Assembly: GCF_964204645.1 (NCBI RefSeq)
Contig: NC_134033.1
Span: 15,446,655 to 15,510,654 of the forward strand
Direction: 5' to 3'
DNA: 64,000 bases
Source: Tubulanus polymorphus
Lineage: Eukaryota > Animalia > Nemertea
Part shown: in pieces, positions 41,801-54,000 of the stretch
Numbering within the stretch: the first letter of the stretch is position 1
Layout of the letters: the number at the start of each line of letters is the position of its first letter
Program-made: the position numbers and the translations under genes
Notes under the pieces: model-generated
Told to the model about the DNA's origin: nothing
The model's input: only the letters and a program-made list of their open reading frames with translations
Database searches by the model: none

Positions 41801-42929
41801 CCCCCCCCGGCAGGTGCCGACAAGGGTTCACTGACCTATAGACCCCGGAAGAACCCGACCGACCGTTCCTCCCCCGGCAGGTGCCGACGAGGGTTCACTG
41901 ACCTATAGACCCCGGAAGAACCCGACCGACCGTTCCCCCGGCAGGTGCCGACAAGGGTTCACTGACCTATAGACCCCGGAAGAACCCGACCGACCGTTCC
42001 TCTGCCCCAGGCAGATGCCGACGAGGGTTCACTGACCTATTGACTGATGCTCCTGACACGAAGGCGATTCATCTTTTTCGCGTTTTATACGAAATGCCGG
42101 TAAACATTGATCGTTAAGTGACGTTTCCATTTAATTTTCTCTCGAGTCTTCAGCGACTGAAATAAAATTCACAACGAAAACAGTCAAAGAATCGTTTCTG
42201 TTATCACACAGATCACGATTCCAATCTTCCCTGATATTTTCCTAACCCTTGACCACAAATTCCCTGATTAGAGTATAAGATATTCTCAGTGGGGGTTGTT
42301 TCTTATCAAGAGGTTCCATTGTGCCACTCGTCACCAACAAGAACAACAAGACACCAAAAATTCCCAGATTGAATTATTAGATATCCTCAGTGAGGGCTGT
42401 TTCTTATCAAAAGGTTCCTTCCTTGTGCCACTTGTCACCAGCAAGAACAACAACAACTATTCAAATTCCGTCACTTCATCCAGATTTTCATGAAAAGTGT
42501 AAGAATTCCCTGATTTTCCCAAACGTAAATCCAGAATTTCTTTTCTGAGATTTTTAATACTTTTATAACACACCGGGTTTGCTTAATTATAGAATCGGTG
42601 GATTGGTCAAATAACGTAAGAAAGAAGTAGGCCTAATTAATTAAGATTTTGTAGCCTAGTTTTCAGGATTAAGAGGTATTTTTATTGGTTGTTTAGTTTA
42701 AGGATATGTAAAAGGTATCAAATATCCACCTCGCGTAATTAGAACGCACATTTTCCAACCACGGCGACTGGAAATTGGGCTAGACAGTCGTAGACGGGGC
42801 CTACCCCCGAATTTTTAGAGCGACATTTTCCGCCGAATTTCACCGATTTTCAACGTCAATTCCTGCTCGAATTTAGAAAAATTCAACTCAAATCGAATCA
42901 TACTCCAATTTACCTTCGCTTTTTTGCAT
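38824..42929 (-). CDS. C2H2 zinc-finger protein, 466 aa, five Kruppel-type fingers, Asn-rich low-complexity flanks
   Basis: Main exon 38824-40130 (acceptor tttgttctag) has five CxxC-x12-HxxxH fingers joined by HTGEKP/HTGERP linkers. Upstream phase-1 exons 41221-41298 and 42914-42929 (ATG preceded by in-frame TAA) give [22 protein letters not shown]...; 1401 nt in total. The upstream exons are less certain than the finger exon. Confidence 0.88.
41691..42040. repeat. GC-rich tandem repeat of about 62-74 bp, 5 copies, with variable poly-C tract
   Basis: ccccggaagaacccgaccgaccgttcctc(C)nggcaggtgccgacgagggttcactgacctataga, in intron 1 of the zinc-finger gene. Confidence 0.93.
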
Positions 42930-43737
42930 TTAGGTATTGTTTTTCGCTGGGAATAGTCGATTCTAAAGGCGTTTTCCCCGTCTAAATCATCGCATTATCA
43001 ATGGATAGAGCTACCTTTATTCCCCACGATCAGCACCAGTCGCGAACTACAGAAATGCGTGTCGTCGATACCGGAATATTAGTCGCACTAATAACCGAAA
43101 GCGATCGTCTGGCGCAATTAGTGCTTGCGGGCCGCGAACGCCGGAACTAGTGCGGTTTCATTCCCATTGCAATACGTGATAACTTAAAAGTTCCTATAGG
43201 GAACTATAACCACATTTCTGTTTTCTAGTTCTAAACAGTCAAATTATCTGAATGCCTAACACCCGGAGACCACAGGGCTGTTTGACAACCTCTGCTAACA
43301 GTTAGTTATACTGACTAATCGTTGGGTAAGCTTCGGATGGGCTCATACCATCTATATGTGGTTTGTGAAAATATCCGATCGTGAAACTAAACCACAGACA
43401 GGTTACTGACTAGTGTCTGGGGGACGTGCATACAACCACTTCCAGGTCTGGGCCGAATCCCATTGGATTGGAGACAATGTATGACATCGTTTTTCGTGGT
43501 CACCATTTGCTTTGTTAACTAAAGACTAAGAACTTAAAACAGGTATTGGTCCACACACAGTAAGACAGGGACTACTGATTAGTCTCAAGAGTTGGATTCG
43601 CAGATAGGCGCCATGACATTCTAGACATAACAATTGAAAACTAAAAATTTGAAATATGGACGGATTTATTCGAAGATTTATCACAATATTTTCTAGATAA
43701 GAATAAAAACAATTTAGGAGGCGAGAAGTATCTACAA

Positions 43738-46139
43738 TTAATAATCAATAAATCGCATCATTTGAGCTTTACTTTCGATTATATCTTTCAGCCAAACTTC
43801 TCGAAATCTCGATTTTCCTGGTCTGAAAAATAATCAAATCAAACATGACATTTCACTTACTGCTGGATACATTAAAAAAAATTACCGTAATCTCAACGTA
43901 ATTTCTGCGTTAACTGAAACCAGATTTGTTTTTACATACCTGTGAACCAATGTGTTCGTCTCAAATACGTAGTAAACTTCAACTGGGTAATTCTAGAAAA
44001 TATAATATACAAGTTGATTAAAAAAATTATCTGGGTGGCCACTCTAATCGATTTTGCTTCCCCCCGAGTATTCCCTGAAATGTAAGTTATTTCCCTGACT
44101 CGATCTGCTAAGAATCCAATCAATTAACACAGTTAAATACATAACGTACTGAAATTGTGACTGTAAGTGTGATCTAGCAATCTCAACAATTTTCCCAAAT
44201 TTTTTTTAAAGAAAATTTCCAGACTTTGTAGCCACCTTATGGGAAACTACTACCGTAGTTCAAGCAAAACATTTCCAGACTTTATTCGTACATTATTACA
44301 GTGGGATTCTATTTATACTATCACCACGACATGGATATAGCGCTTTATGAATGGTTTAAATGCCGTTGAAAAATGGAACAAAAATACCACAGGCTGCAGG
44401 GGCGGATCCAGGGGCATGCAGTGACCATGTCGATCGATAAAAAGGGCATATATTCTTAATTCAGGGCGGAAAGGCATATCAGCAAAATTTTTGAAATTTT
44501 ACTATCATTTTAGAGCTTTCTGAGCATCTCTGAGAGGCATTTAGTCGTCAAGAAATATAGGTTATATATTTAGGAAAAATATCGATTGTGTATCTCAGGT
44601 GGTTACAACGGCAAATTTTGATACAGGGAAAAAATAAAAAGGCACTTAAAAATTCCGACCGTGTCGGGCGACACGGTCTAAATCGGCCCCTGCGTCGGTT
44701 TTCGTACCTTCGGTTTTATTTTCGAGATTTGAAACGTGAAGTAAACGGAAGCGGTTGCTTTCGGAACCGGTTTACGCCGCGTCGGTATCGACCATCGGAC
44801 GCGGTATCGATGACGATAATCGAACGACGCCTCGTCGACGCCGAGATAATCGATACAATACAACCAGCCGTTCTCGTACTGCCACGTCTGAAATACATTC
44901 AAATACATTCTGAAAATACATTCAAATACATTCTGAAATACATTCAAATACATTCTGAAATACATTCTGAAATACATTCTGAAATACATTCTGAAATACA
45001 TTCAAATACATTCTGAAATACATTCAAATACATTCTGAAATACATTCAAATACATTCTGAAATACATTCTGAAATACATTCTGAAAATACATTCTGAAAA
45101 TTCATTCTGAAAATACATTCTGAAATACATTCAAATACATTCTGAAAATACATTCAAATACATTCTGAAATACATTCTGAAATACATTCTGAAAATAAAT
45201 TCTGATATACATTCTGAAATACATTCGTCTCAAACAAAATACATTCCAAAAAACTCAAACCCTTAAAACAATAAGACTATTTCCAGTCTTGATGAATATC
45301 GGTAGAGAACCCCACGACATCAATTCAAACAATTGTTTCTGTTGTTTCTTTTTTCTTAAGTTCCGGGCATCCTCCCGCGGCAGGGGTTCGAACCTGATGG
45401 TATCGAGATTGTCGCGATACAAAACCCTGCCACACTAGACCGAGTATGCAGCTTCATGCGCAGCTTAGATGATGTCATTATTAGCCAATCAAAAATCCCG
45501 TTTTTATTCTAGCCATTTATAGTACTTCCATGAAATTCGCTTCAGCGATTATACAACGAGCAATCTGATTGGTGCCGCAAGTTTCCGCGCAGCAAACCTG
45601 CACACCCGCGCCCGGTTTCATAGACTGAGTATCAAAGTTATCCCTAGGGGTTAATCCTCAATCCGGGTGGCAACTACCGTAGTAACAATGAGAAACCATG
45701 GTTATAACTGACTAGATTCAAAATGTTCCCAGGGACTATTTTTCTTCCATCCATGAAACCCAGCCCTGGTCTAGTGTGGCAGGGTTCGAATCTCTACCGG
45801 GGATGGGAAACGCAAGAAAAAAAAAATATCAATAACAGTCAGTTTAGGGACTGTTTTTCTATAGGCAAGTTTTTACTTGAACCTAACCTTAATAAACTCG
45901 TGTATTTTTTCTTCGCCTTTCTTCTCGGTGAATTCGTCGATCGTAAGCCATGCGATATTTTTCACGTCGTGCTCCTCGTAAATGAAGCTTCCCTCTCGAC
46001 TGTCGTCTAGCGGAATCGTGTGCAGGGCCGTTTTAGTCGGTTCGTCGCCGGGTAGCTCCTCCTCGAGTTGTTTCATCGCTATGCCGATCGCGGCGTCGAC
46101 CAGCGAATGAGCCTGCTGGGCGTAGATATCTAACTCCAT
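43738..46139 (-). CDS. AKAP14: A-kinase anchor protein 14 (AKAP28)-like, 189 aa, 4 coding exons
   Basis: Exons 45888-46139, 44708-44887, 43940-43992, 43738-43822 (570 nt, GT-AG). Motifs AHSLVDAAIGIA (amphipathic helix), [82 protein letters not shown] match my recollection of AKAP14. AATAAA (minus) at 43665-43670. Confidence 0.9.
44888..45226. repeat. 10-13-bp satellite (aaatacattc[tg]) abutting the AKAP14 exon 2 acceptor
   Basis: On the coding strand the unit is (cag)aatgtattt, the same as the acceptor sequence. Confidence 0.95.
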
Positions 46140-46214
46140 CGCGATTGATCGGGCCACGGACCTGTTGTAATGGATAGGAAAAAGAATTATCGAAACATGC
46201 TTCTTCAACCCACA

Positions 46215-46369
46215 GGACCCGTATCAGAGTTGTAGGTAGTTGTAAAAACGATAATCTGTTAATCTTGTGTCTACGTTATTATTAAAGAGACTGGATTAAC
46301 AGATTATTGTTTTTACACTAACTACCTTACCTACTTAGGCTAATAGTACATTAACTCTGATACGAGCCC
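46215..46369. mobile_element. Palindromic MITE-like element
   Basis: ggacccgtatcagagtt...taaaaacgataatctgttaatc / gattaacagattattgttttta...aactctgatacgagccc; partial copy at about 55481. Confidence 0.65.
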
Positions 46370-46802
46370 CCGTGCTTCAGCCTGAATTAGAATAGACCTT
46401 TATTAGGCTAAGTTTAGGTTAAACGTATGCGAAACTTTTCAAACTAGGATAAAAATTGTTTTGAAAGAAAGAACTTAGTCCTGAATAGTCAAATAAACTG
46501 AATTGAATTTTAGATTTAAATATCATTTTTTTTAGATTACAGCGCCGAAAAGAAACTATTTTTAACGTTTAAATATAGAATTCCTGCATTATCTTAATCC
46601 TAACTTCTCTTTGGTATTCAATGTGTATAAGGACAAGCAGCTTTCACGAGCTTTCTCGGGGAATCGTAAGAAATTGGATATATTTTTCACGCAATAAATT
46701 TTGATTTATTTATTTGTGCTGCGGTGAATGTTGAAAGTCTGCTCGGGTTTCCATGGGGAGACAGAACGTAGGTTCGAATCCCGAATTATCAAAACTCTCT
46801 AT

Positions 46803-47012
46803 CACCAGGCCAACACTAGGGTAACAGCGTTTATTCCCAGGCCAACACTAGGGTTATTGAGTTTATTCACCAGGCCAACACTAGGGTAACTGCGTTTATT
46901 CCCAGGTCAACACTAGGGTAACTGCGTTTATTCCCCAGGCCAACACTAGGGTAACTACGTTTATGCACCAGGCCAACACTAGGGTAACTACGTTTATTAA
47001 ACAGGCCAACAC
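46803..47012. repeat. Minisatellite of about 32 bp, 6-7 copies
   Basis: ccaggccaacactagggtaactgcgtttatt repeated. Confidence 0.92.
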
Positions 47013-47679
47013 TTTCTCCTTTGGACTCAAACAGTCATTACTCACAATGGGCTCTGCACCCATAGTTCAGCTTAAGTATCAGTCAAACCGAACTGCTGAG
47101 ACTAAAACACAAATCAACAAAAGTTTTCATTATCATAAATATTTTTAATAATTTATCACAAAAATGTATTAAAAATACCTTTAATATTATCAACATAGGC
47201 AAATTCCCATTCCCAACTTATCTAGCCGAACAAGGCATTCGAATGAACGTCTTTTCCTCAAACATTAACAGTTCGATTCGACGTTGCTAGTTTTTAAGTA
47301 TCCAGCCATTTCTCTCTCAACAGATCAGCTGAAAATCAGTCTCATATCAATTTGACGTTCTTGCTACGATTTCAGGGGCTGCACGTGTTCCACAGTTGCG
47401 AGTTCCAGTTAACTCAAGAGTTAAAATCGGTTCTTGTTTAATGAGTTAACTCAAGAGTCAAATCCTTACTCAAAACTATTGAACTGGGTCCCGATATCAA
47501 TAACTACAAAAATGCTACTCCGTTTCGTTCAATAATTAACAGTATTCATACATGATCTATAAATATGACAATTGCACAGTTTCTTTTTAAAAGATTTTCT
47601 TCGTTTTGCAATGTTTGCTATAAATGCATGCAACGTTATTTTCTTCATCTTCCCGCAGAGAAATTTTTTTTTCGAAATT

Positions 47680-50563
47680 TCAAATTTTCGTCGAACGTAG
47701 AATCTCTTCGAGATCTCCGATTTCATCGATCAGTTTCGCTTCCGTTTCGATCTTCTGCAGCTGTTACGAAATAAATTTCAGAAATTATATTTCTTTCATC
47801 AAATCTAGAGTTGAATGAAATAGACTACTCTTAAACTGGAAGACGAATTTCAGGGTTCTTACAGATTGCGGAATAGAGCGCTCACTGATATTTCTCTGAT
47901 CCTTGACCAATTTATAAGATTGGGGTCATTCATTTATTAAGTACGTATCAAGGGAGGGGGAGGGGTCAGTGCAATTGCGTACTGTAATGCTTAATGTATA
48001 TGAAAAAATGGCCGATTTTGCGTACAGAGGGGGAGGGGGTTGAAAAATTCAAATTTTATGCGTACGTAATAAATGAATGAACCCATATACTTTATTGGGA
48101 GCTGTTTTGTATCAAGAGGTTTTTTGTGTCACTCGTCACCAGCAAGAACAACAAGACACCAAAAATTCAAATTTCCCAACTATTCCCCCATTTTCAAGAG
48201 AAGAGTAAGAATTACCCGATTTTCCCTCCAGGGAAAAATAAATCCCCTGAATTCCCACCTGATCTGTTTGAACCCTGAAACTTCTAACCATTGCAACAGA
48301 ATATGAATTAAATTCTATCGTTCTCAAATTATCGCCTATCATGAAAACACAGGTACCCATTGGTTCAAGTTTAAACAGAGTTACCAGTCTAGGCAGACTC
48401 TACTCTGCATTCGAGGAAAGGAAAAATGGTCACCTGATTTTTTTCAAGCTGTTCGCCACATTTCTGACGTTGTTTCAGCGCCGATATTTGATCTAATTTT
48501 TTATGTAACGAGGCGAGGTTCCGTTGAGTCGGAGTCAAACCCAAAGTTTGCTTCACTGAAAACAAAAACGAATTCATTTATTAAATAATCAAACATCTGC
48601 TTAAGGGGGGGGGGCCTGTTCTTTAGATATGTAGACAATGAGGGCCGACTTTCACAGCTGATTCCAACAGGTATGTTAATAAATTACCATATATCCATAT
48701 TATACATATAATATGGATATATATATATATCCATATTACCATATTATCATTATTTGTACTATTATTATCATTATTTGTATCTGTCATCACTTTCTGTGCA
48801 TTACAAATCCCCCTCCCTGATTTTTTTAAGCTATTACACACAATTATCTGCTGCTATTTTCAGCAGTATGTATCCTAGGGATCATAAGTGACGCCTCCCC
48901 TTGCGTGACTGCCCGATCAACAAAGTGCTAAAATGAACGTGATTAACGCAGTGATTAAATTACCCGGTGGTGGAGACGCTTCTTGAGGTTTTTCTTCTTG
49001 CTGGTTTGACAAAGGAAGATCCTTCATAAGTTTATCCAATTCTTGCTCGGATAACTTAGGTCTGAAGTGAAATCAAGGCATATTAACAGCATTCAGTTTC
49101 TCCGTAATTAATAATCAAAAGTAAGAATTAACGAACAAACTAAACACCACAGCAATTTAAGACAATTTCAATTTTCAACAACCCTTCACCAGTTAATCTT
49201 AACCATCTGACCCTTGAATCTTTTTAACAATATTCCTCGCACCACAATTAGTTATCTAAATCTCAAACATCGAGTCACATCTGACAAATAAAGCACGGAC
49301 TGCGTATCTTTTTATGGGATTCAATTGGAGGGCCCCATTTACGCAGAGAACAGTGAAACAGTGGCCGACCATCGGGAGACTGGGATGCAGGAGTCACTCA
49401 ACTTACGTAACACCATTCACCAGATCTGTAACCACCCATATTTGCTGTCTAATAGTACTGGCAGCTTTATGATCCTGTAAATATATCGTAAATTACAAAA
49501 CAATTAAAAAAATTTCAACTTCAATTTAAAAGCAGTCGGTCAAACTCACTGTTTAAGCCGAAGTAATTGGACAACTTAAATTTAGAAAAATCGACGTGCA
49601 AGTAAAAATACTTAGTCTGAAGTGAATACCAGATGATGTTCAGGTTTCCCTGTCACCTTCACCTTTTTGGGAACAACAGCCAGATTCGCATAGGGATCAT
49701 TCATTAATTACGTACGCATAAAATTCGAATTTTTCAACTCCCCTCTCCCTCTATACGCAAAATCGGCCATTTTTTCATATATATTAAGCATTACAGTACG
49801 CATTTGCACAGACCCCTCCTTTAATGGGTACATAATAAATGAATGACCCCATAGTGGAACCTCGTAATGAACTCGGATACAAGGATTCATCGGATATATC
49901 AAACATAGTAAGAGAGCCCCGAGTAAGAAAATTTAATCAATTTCATACTGGTTATAGCGAACTATCGGTTATAACGAACAGATTTCCTGATCCCGTGAAG
50001 TTCGTTGTAACTAAAACTGGGACTAAAAAAATATCTCTCAGCGTAATGTGACAACTTTAACCATGAGGAATTAAGCAAGCTTGTCAAGTTGTTAATGGGG
50101 GTAAATGCCGATTGAAGCCCGAACTGGAATTCACCTTGCTCTCTTTAGCTACTTCGAGTTGTTGTTTGAGATCGATCAATAGTTCCTCCTCAGTCGTTTG
50201 TCCCGACGACGTCAACCCGTTCTCGTCTGATTTCTGACGGGATTTCTTTTCGCGGCGTTTACGATTTTTCGCCGCCGATTTACTTCCTCCTCCACCGACA
50301 GAATCTGAAAATAATAGATTAATTCACTCAGCAGCCCGCTCTGCAACAGTAACGTAAGGTGCTGCCACCTACGTAGGAAATTTTGACTATTTTGGCTCAA
50401 GTACTGAATTTTACGAAGTTTACACTGCTAAAATTATGTTCGACTAAAATTATAGTTCAATCACATTCGTTCACGTTAATCTAAGAGGTATGACACGAAT
50501 GTATACCCGTTTGTTTTTTGAAAAAAGAACATTTAGAGATGAGGAAGAAAAATTACCAGCCAT
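47680..50563 (-). CDS. 181-aa protein resembling the C-terminal tail of eIF2A/PYM, with a UVR-like helical hairpin; 6 exons
   Basis: Exons 50557-50563, 50135-50304, 49407-49474, 48964-49061, 48434-48555, 47680-47760; GT-AG, 546 nt, open. MADSVGGGGSKSAAKNRKRREKK...LIDLKQQLEVAKESKDHKAASTIRQQIW...RNLASLHKKLDQISALKQRQKCGEQLEKNQLQKIETEAKLIDEIGDLEEILRSTKI*. Confidence 0.8.
47922..48084. mobile_element. MITE of about 160 bp (GGG-terminal TIRs); inverted second copy at 49693-49850
   Basis: ggggtcattcatttattaagtacg ... cgtacgtaataaatgaatgaaccc. The second copy is flanked by ata/ata. Confidence 0.8.
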
Positions 50564-51034
50564 CTTGAATTTCGATAGGACGCCGCGAACGAAACTTTAT
50601 GCTGAGAAATCTTTGAGACCAATTGATTATTTGATTTTTTCTTACTCAGTTATCTTTAAATATATTTTAAAGCGAGAAAACTTATTTAACATATCTAAAA
50701 ATTTATTTCATAAATTCAACATGGCTGTACCCGGCGTCTTATTCTAAATTTAAATGTATTTTATTGGTACATGTAAAGTCATGATAATGATAAAAGCGCA
50801 ATTCAACCCACAAAATTAGAAAAGTCTAAAGATTCCTGGTAGAATTGAATAATTAAATGGTTTTATTGACAACAGAATAGAAAATAAACGACACTTTGAG
50901 AAGACAACCGTCCTGTGCTGCATTGCCACGTACCTCAAGCCGTCACAAACTTATTTCCGGGTTTGTGTCAAACACAAATTGTCTTTTTCCCGTTTTAAGC
51001 CGGTTGACAGCGTTTCAACTGCCGACAGTTGAAC
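50564..51034. promoter_or_regulatory. Probable bidirectional promoter
   Basis: Only 471 bp separate the two divergent predicted start codons (50563 minus, 51035 plus). Confidence 0.55.
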
Positions 51035-54000
51035 ATGTCAGACGGGGGTAAAGTTCAATCCATTTTCTACTTGTTGACAGCAGTTTGCATTTAATATGAT
51101 GTTTATTTCTCCTTGAATAGTAGTATTCAACAATCAATCAAATCCAAACTCATTTTCATTTTTGTCTGACAGAACCTCACTCACTGTTTCTCTATATCTT
51201 TGTAGCGTTTTTGCTGAAAAGCACGATCCAGACTTACCCGTGGGGTCGAGTGGGGTCTGGCAGCGAGGTGGCGCTGTTAGCCAATGGCAACGACGCATCC
51301 TTTGATATCGATGAAAATACAACGTACGCGGAGGTGAGTCGAGATTTGTGGAAGGATTTCGCGATTTTTCAAAAGATAGAATTTTCCAATAATTCACTCT
51401 TGAATATTTGAATCCTCACTTGCCTCAAGTGGAATCCTCTATTGCCGCAATAGTTGATGTCCTACTGCACGCTAGCGACACCTGGTGGATCCTCACTCAC
51501 TACTAGTGGAATTCTCTATTGCCACAGTTGATGTCGTAGTAGCGACACCCGGTGAATCCTTGATTTTTTCTATCCCGATATTTTTTTCTCTTGCAGCTAT
51601 GGATGGGAACTCATCCCCGAGGAGCCAATCGGATTGTTCCCGGCGATAGACTGTTATCTGATTGGCTGAAGGAAAACCCGCAGTATTTGGGATCGAAGTT
51701 ACGTCAACGGTTCGGCGACACTCTGCCGTTCCTGTTCAAAGTTTTATCGGTGAATAAAGCTCTGTCGATTCAGGCTCATCCTAATAAGGTATTTTACTTA
51801 AGAAACAATTTCTTGAAACTTGAGGAGCAATGTGTTGCACCAGATCTACACCTATTCTCTATTACCACTAGTCTGTATCCTACTTCACGCTAGTGACACC
51901 TGGTGGATCGTCACCTGGTGAATCCTCTATCCCGCAGTGGTAGTTGATGTCCTTCTGCACACTAGTGACACCCAGTGGATCTTCACTCGCCACGAGTGGA
52001 ATCTTCTATTGCGCGGTAATTAATGTCTATGTCTTGCTGCACAGTAGCGACACCTGGAGGATCTTCACTTGCCACAGGTGGAATCCTCAATTGTGCAGTA
52101 GTTGATGTCTTACTGCACACTGGCGACACCTGGTGGATCCTCACTTACCACAAGTGGAATTCTAGCTTGTCACAATCGACTGCGAAGTCAACGTTACTCG
52201 ATGGTTTTACGTATTTCAGGCCCATGCTGAGATTCTGCACGCTGCAGACCCTGCTCATTACCCGGACGACAATCACAAACCGGAGGTGGCAATAGCTCTC
52301 ACTGAATTCGAAGGTCTCTGCGGCTTCCGTCCTTTACATGAAATATTCTCCAATATCAAAGGTGAGAAGAAATATTCATTTTAAAAAACGAAGAAAAAAT
52401 GTGTTATATATCTTAAATGTCAGTTAAAAACGATGAATTTCCTGCGATTATTACAGCGATTCCGGAAATTCAAAACGCGATCGGTGCTGCCACCTATACA
52501 CGGATAAACGAATCGAAAGAACTAAGCGACGAACAGAAATTGAAATCGTATTTTACGGCGATGATGAAATGCGATCAAAGCGTCATGGAAACGAACGTTG
52601 AATCTCTAGTCAAACGAGTCGGTCTTTTAGGTTCGTACGACAATCAAATCATTCCTCGCCATTATCTTTATCTTGTACATGTACCGCATTACGCGGCGTA
52701 TTAAAATCCAATCACTGTATAGTGACCTAACTCTGCTGCGATGCGGTGTATCCATGTAGGCTAGTTATTAATTAGTTTGAATCTATCAAAAGATGGTAGC
52801 ACCTGTTCAAAAATTAATCTAATTATGATACATCGCACCATTTTGTAAAATATTAGTAAATTACAGTGGAACCTCGTTACAACGAACTTCAGAGGACAAG
52901 GAAATCTGTTTGTTATAAATCGATAGTTCGTTATATCCAGTATGGAAGAAATAAAATTGTCTTACTTGGGACAAAGTTTTATATTTGTAATATCGCTGTA
53001 TCTGAGTTTGTTATAACGAGGTGTTCCACTGTAAGATACACCGCACTACGGGGTAGTCACAATATAGCAGTATTCTTGTTATACACCGCACTGCAGTAGA
53101 ATTTCTAATAATTGTCAAATTTGTTATTATATGGGTTGGGGAAGCATTTTGTCAGTCCTCTTCACCTAAAGATGAATTATTCTTTATGCATTTCAGATGT
53201 TAATAGTAGTGAATATACCCGGCTACAGGGGGAGCTGTTGTGTCGCGTGAACGGTCAGTTTCCCGGTGACGTCGGCTGTTTCTCGATATATTTCCTGAAT
53301 CACATCGTATTGAAACCCGGTGAATCGATGTACTTAGAGGCGACGTTACCTCACGCCTATCTATCGGGAGGTAAATTCACCCTACGACATCATCAAGTTA
53401 CCAGAAAACATATACGCGCGTCTATATGAAATTCCTTAAAACTTCATCAAATGACCAGTGTCTTGAAGAAGAGATATTATGCAGAAATCGAAATCAAAAT
53501 TGCCTCGAGTCAAATTCCAGTATAGTTGGCTATACCCATTGATAATCCCCTTATGACATCATAAATTGCCAGAAAACAGGTCAGCCTCTATAGATCTCCT
53601 TCTATGATGTCATAGATCTCCTCCTATGATGTCATCAAATAGACTCCTTATCTCGATAAATATCTACGTCTGCCTCTATAGTTCCCCTATGACATCATCA
53701 AATTACCAAGTGATTCGATCTCGAGACTCTTCCTCATAAAGATGTCTACCGCCGCAATTCCCCCTATGGCATTTTGTAATTTCCAGTGTTTTGACCCTCT
53801 TCGAGAATCTTCGTGAATTCCTTTTGTCTCAAGTGATATTTCAAGACTGTACCGATCAATTCCCCCTATGGCATTTTGTAATCTCCAGTGTTTTAATCCT
53901 CTTCGGGGAATCTTCGTAAAATCCCTTTCGTAAACTCCTTTTTGTCTCAAGTAATATTTCAAGACTGTACCGATCAATTCCCCCTATGAGATCATAGAAG

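Noticed and set aside
47680-50563. Naming this gene EIF2A or PYM1
   Set aside because: Only the C-terminal tail is similar and the defining N-terminal domains are absent, so no symbol was assigned.
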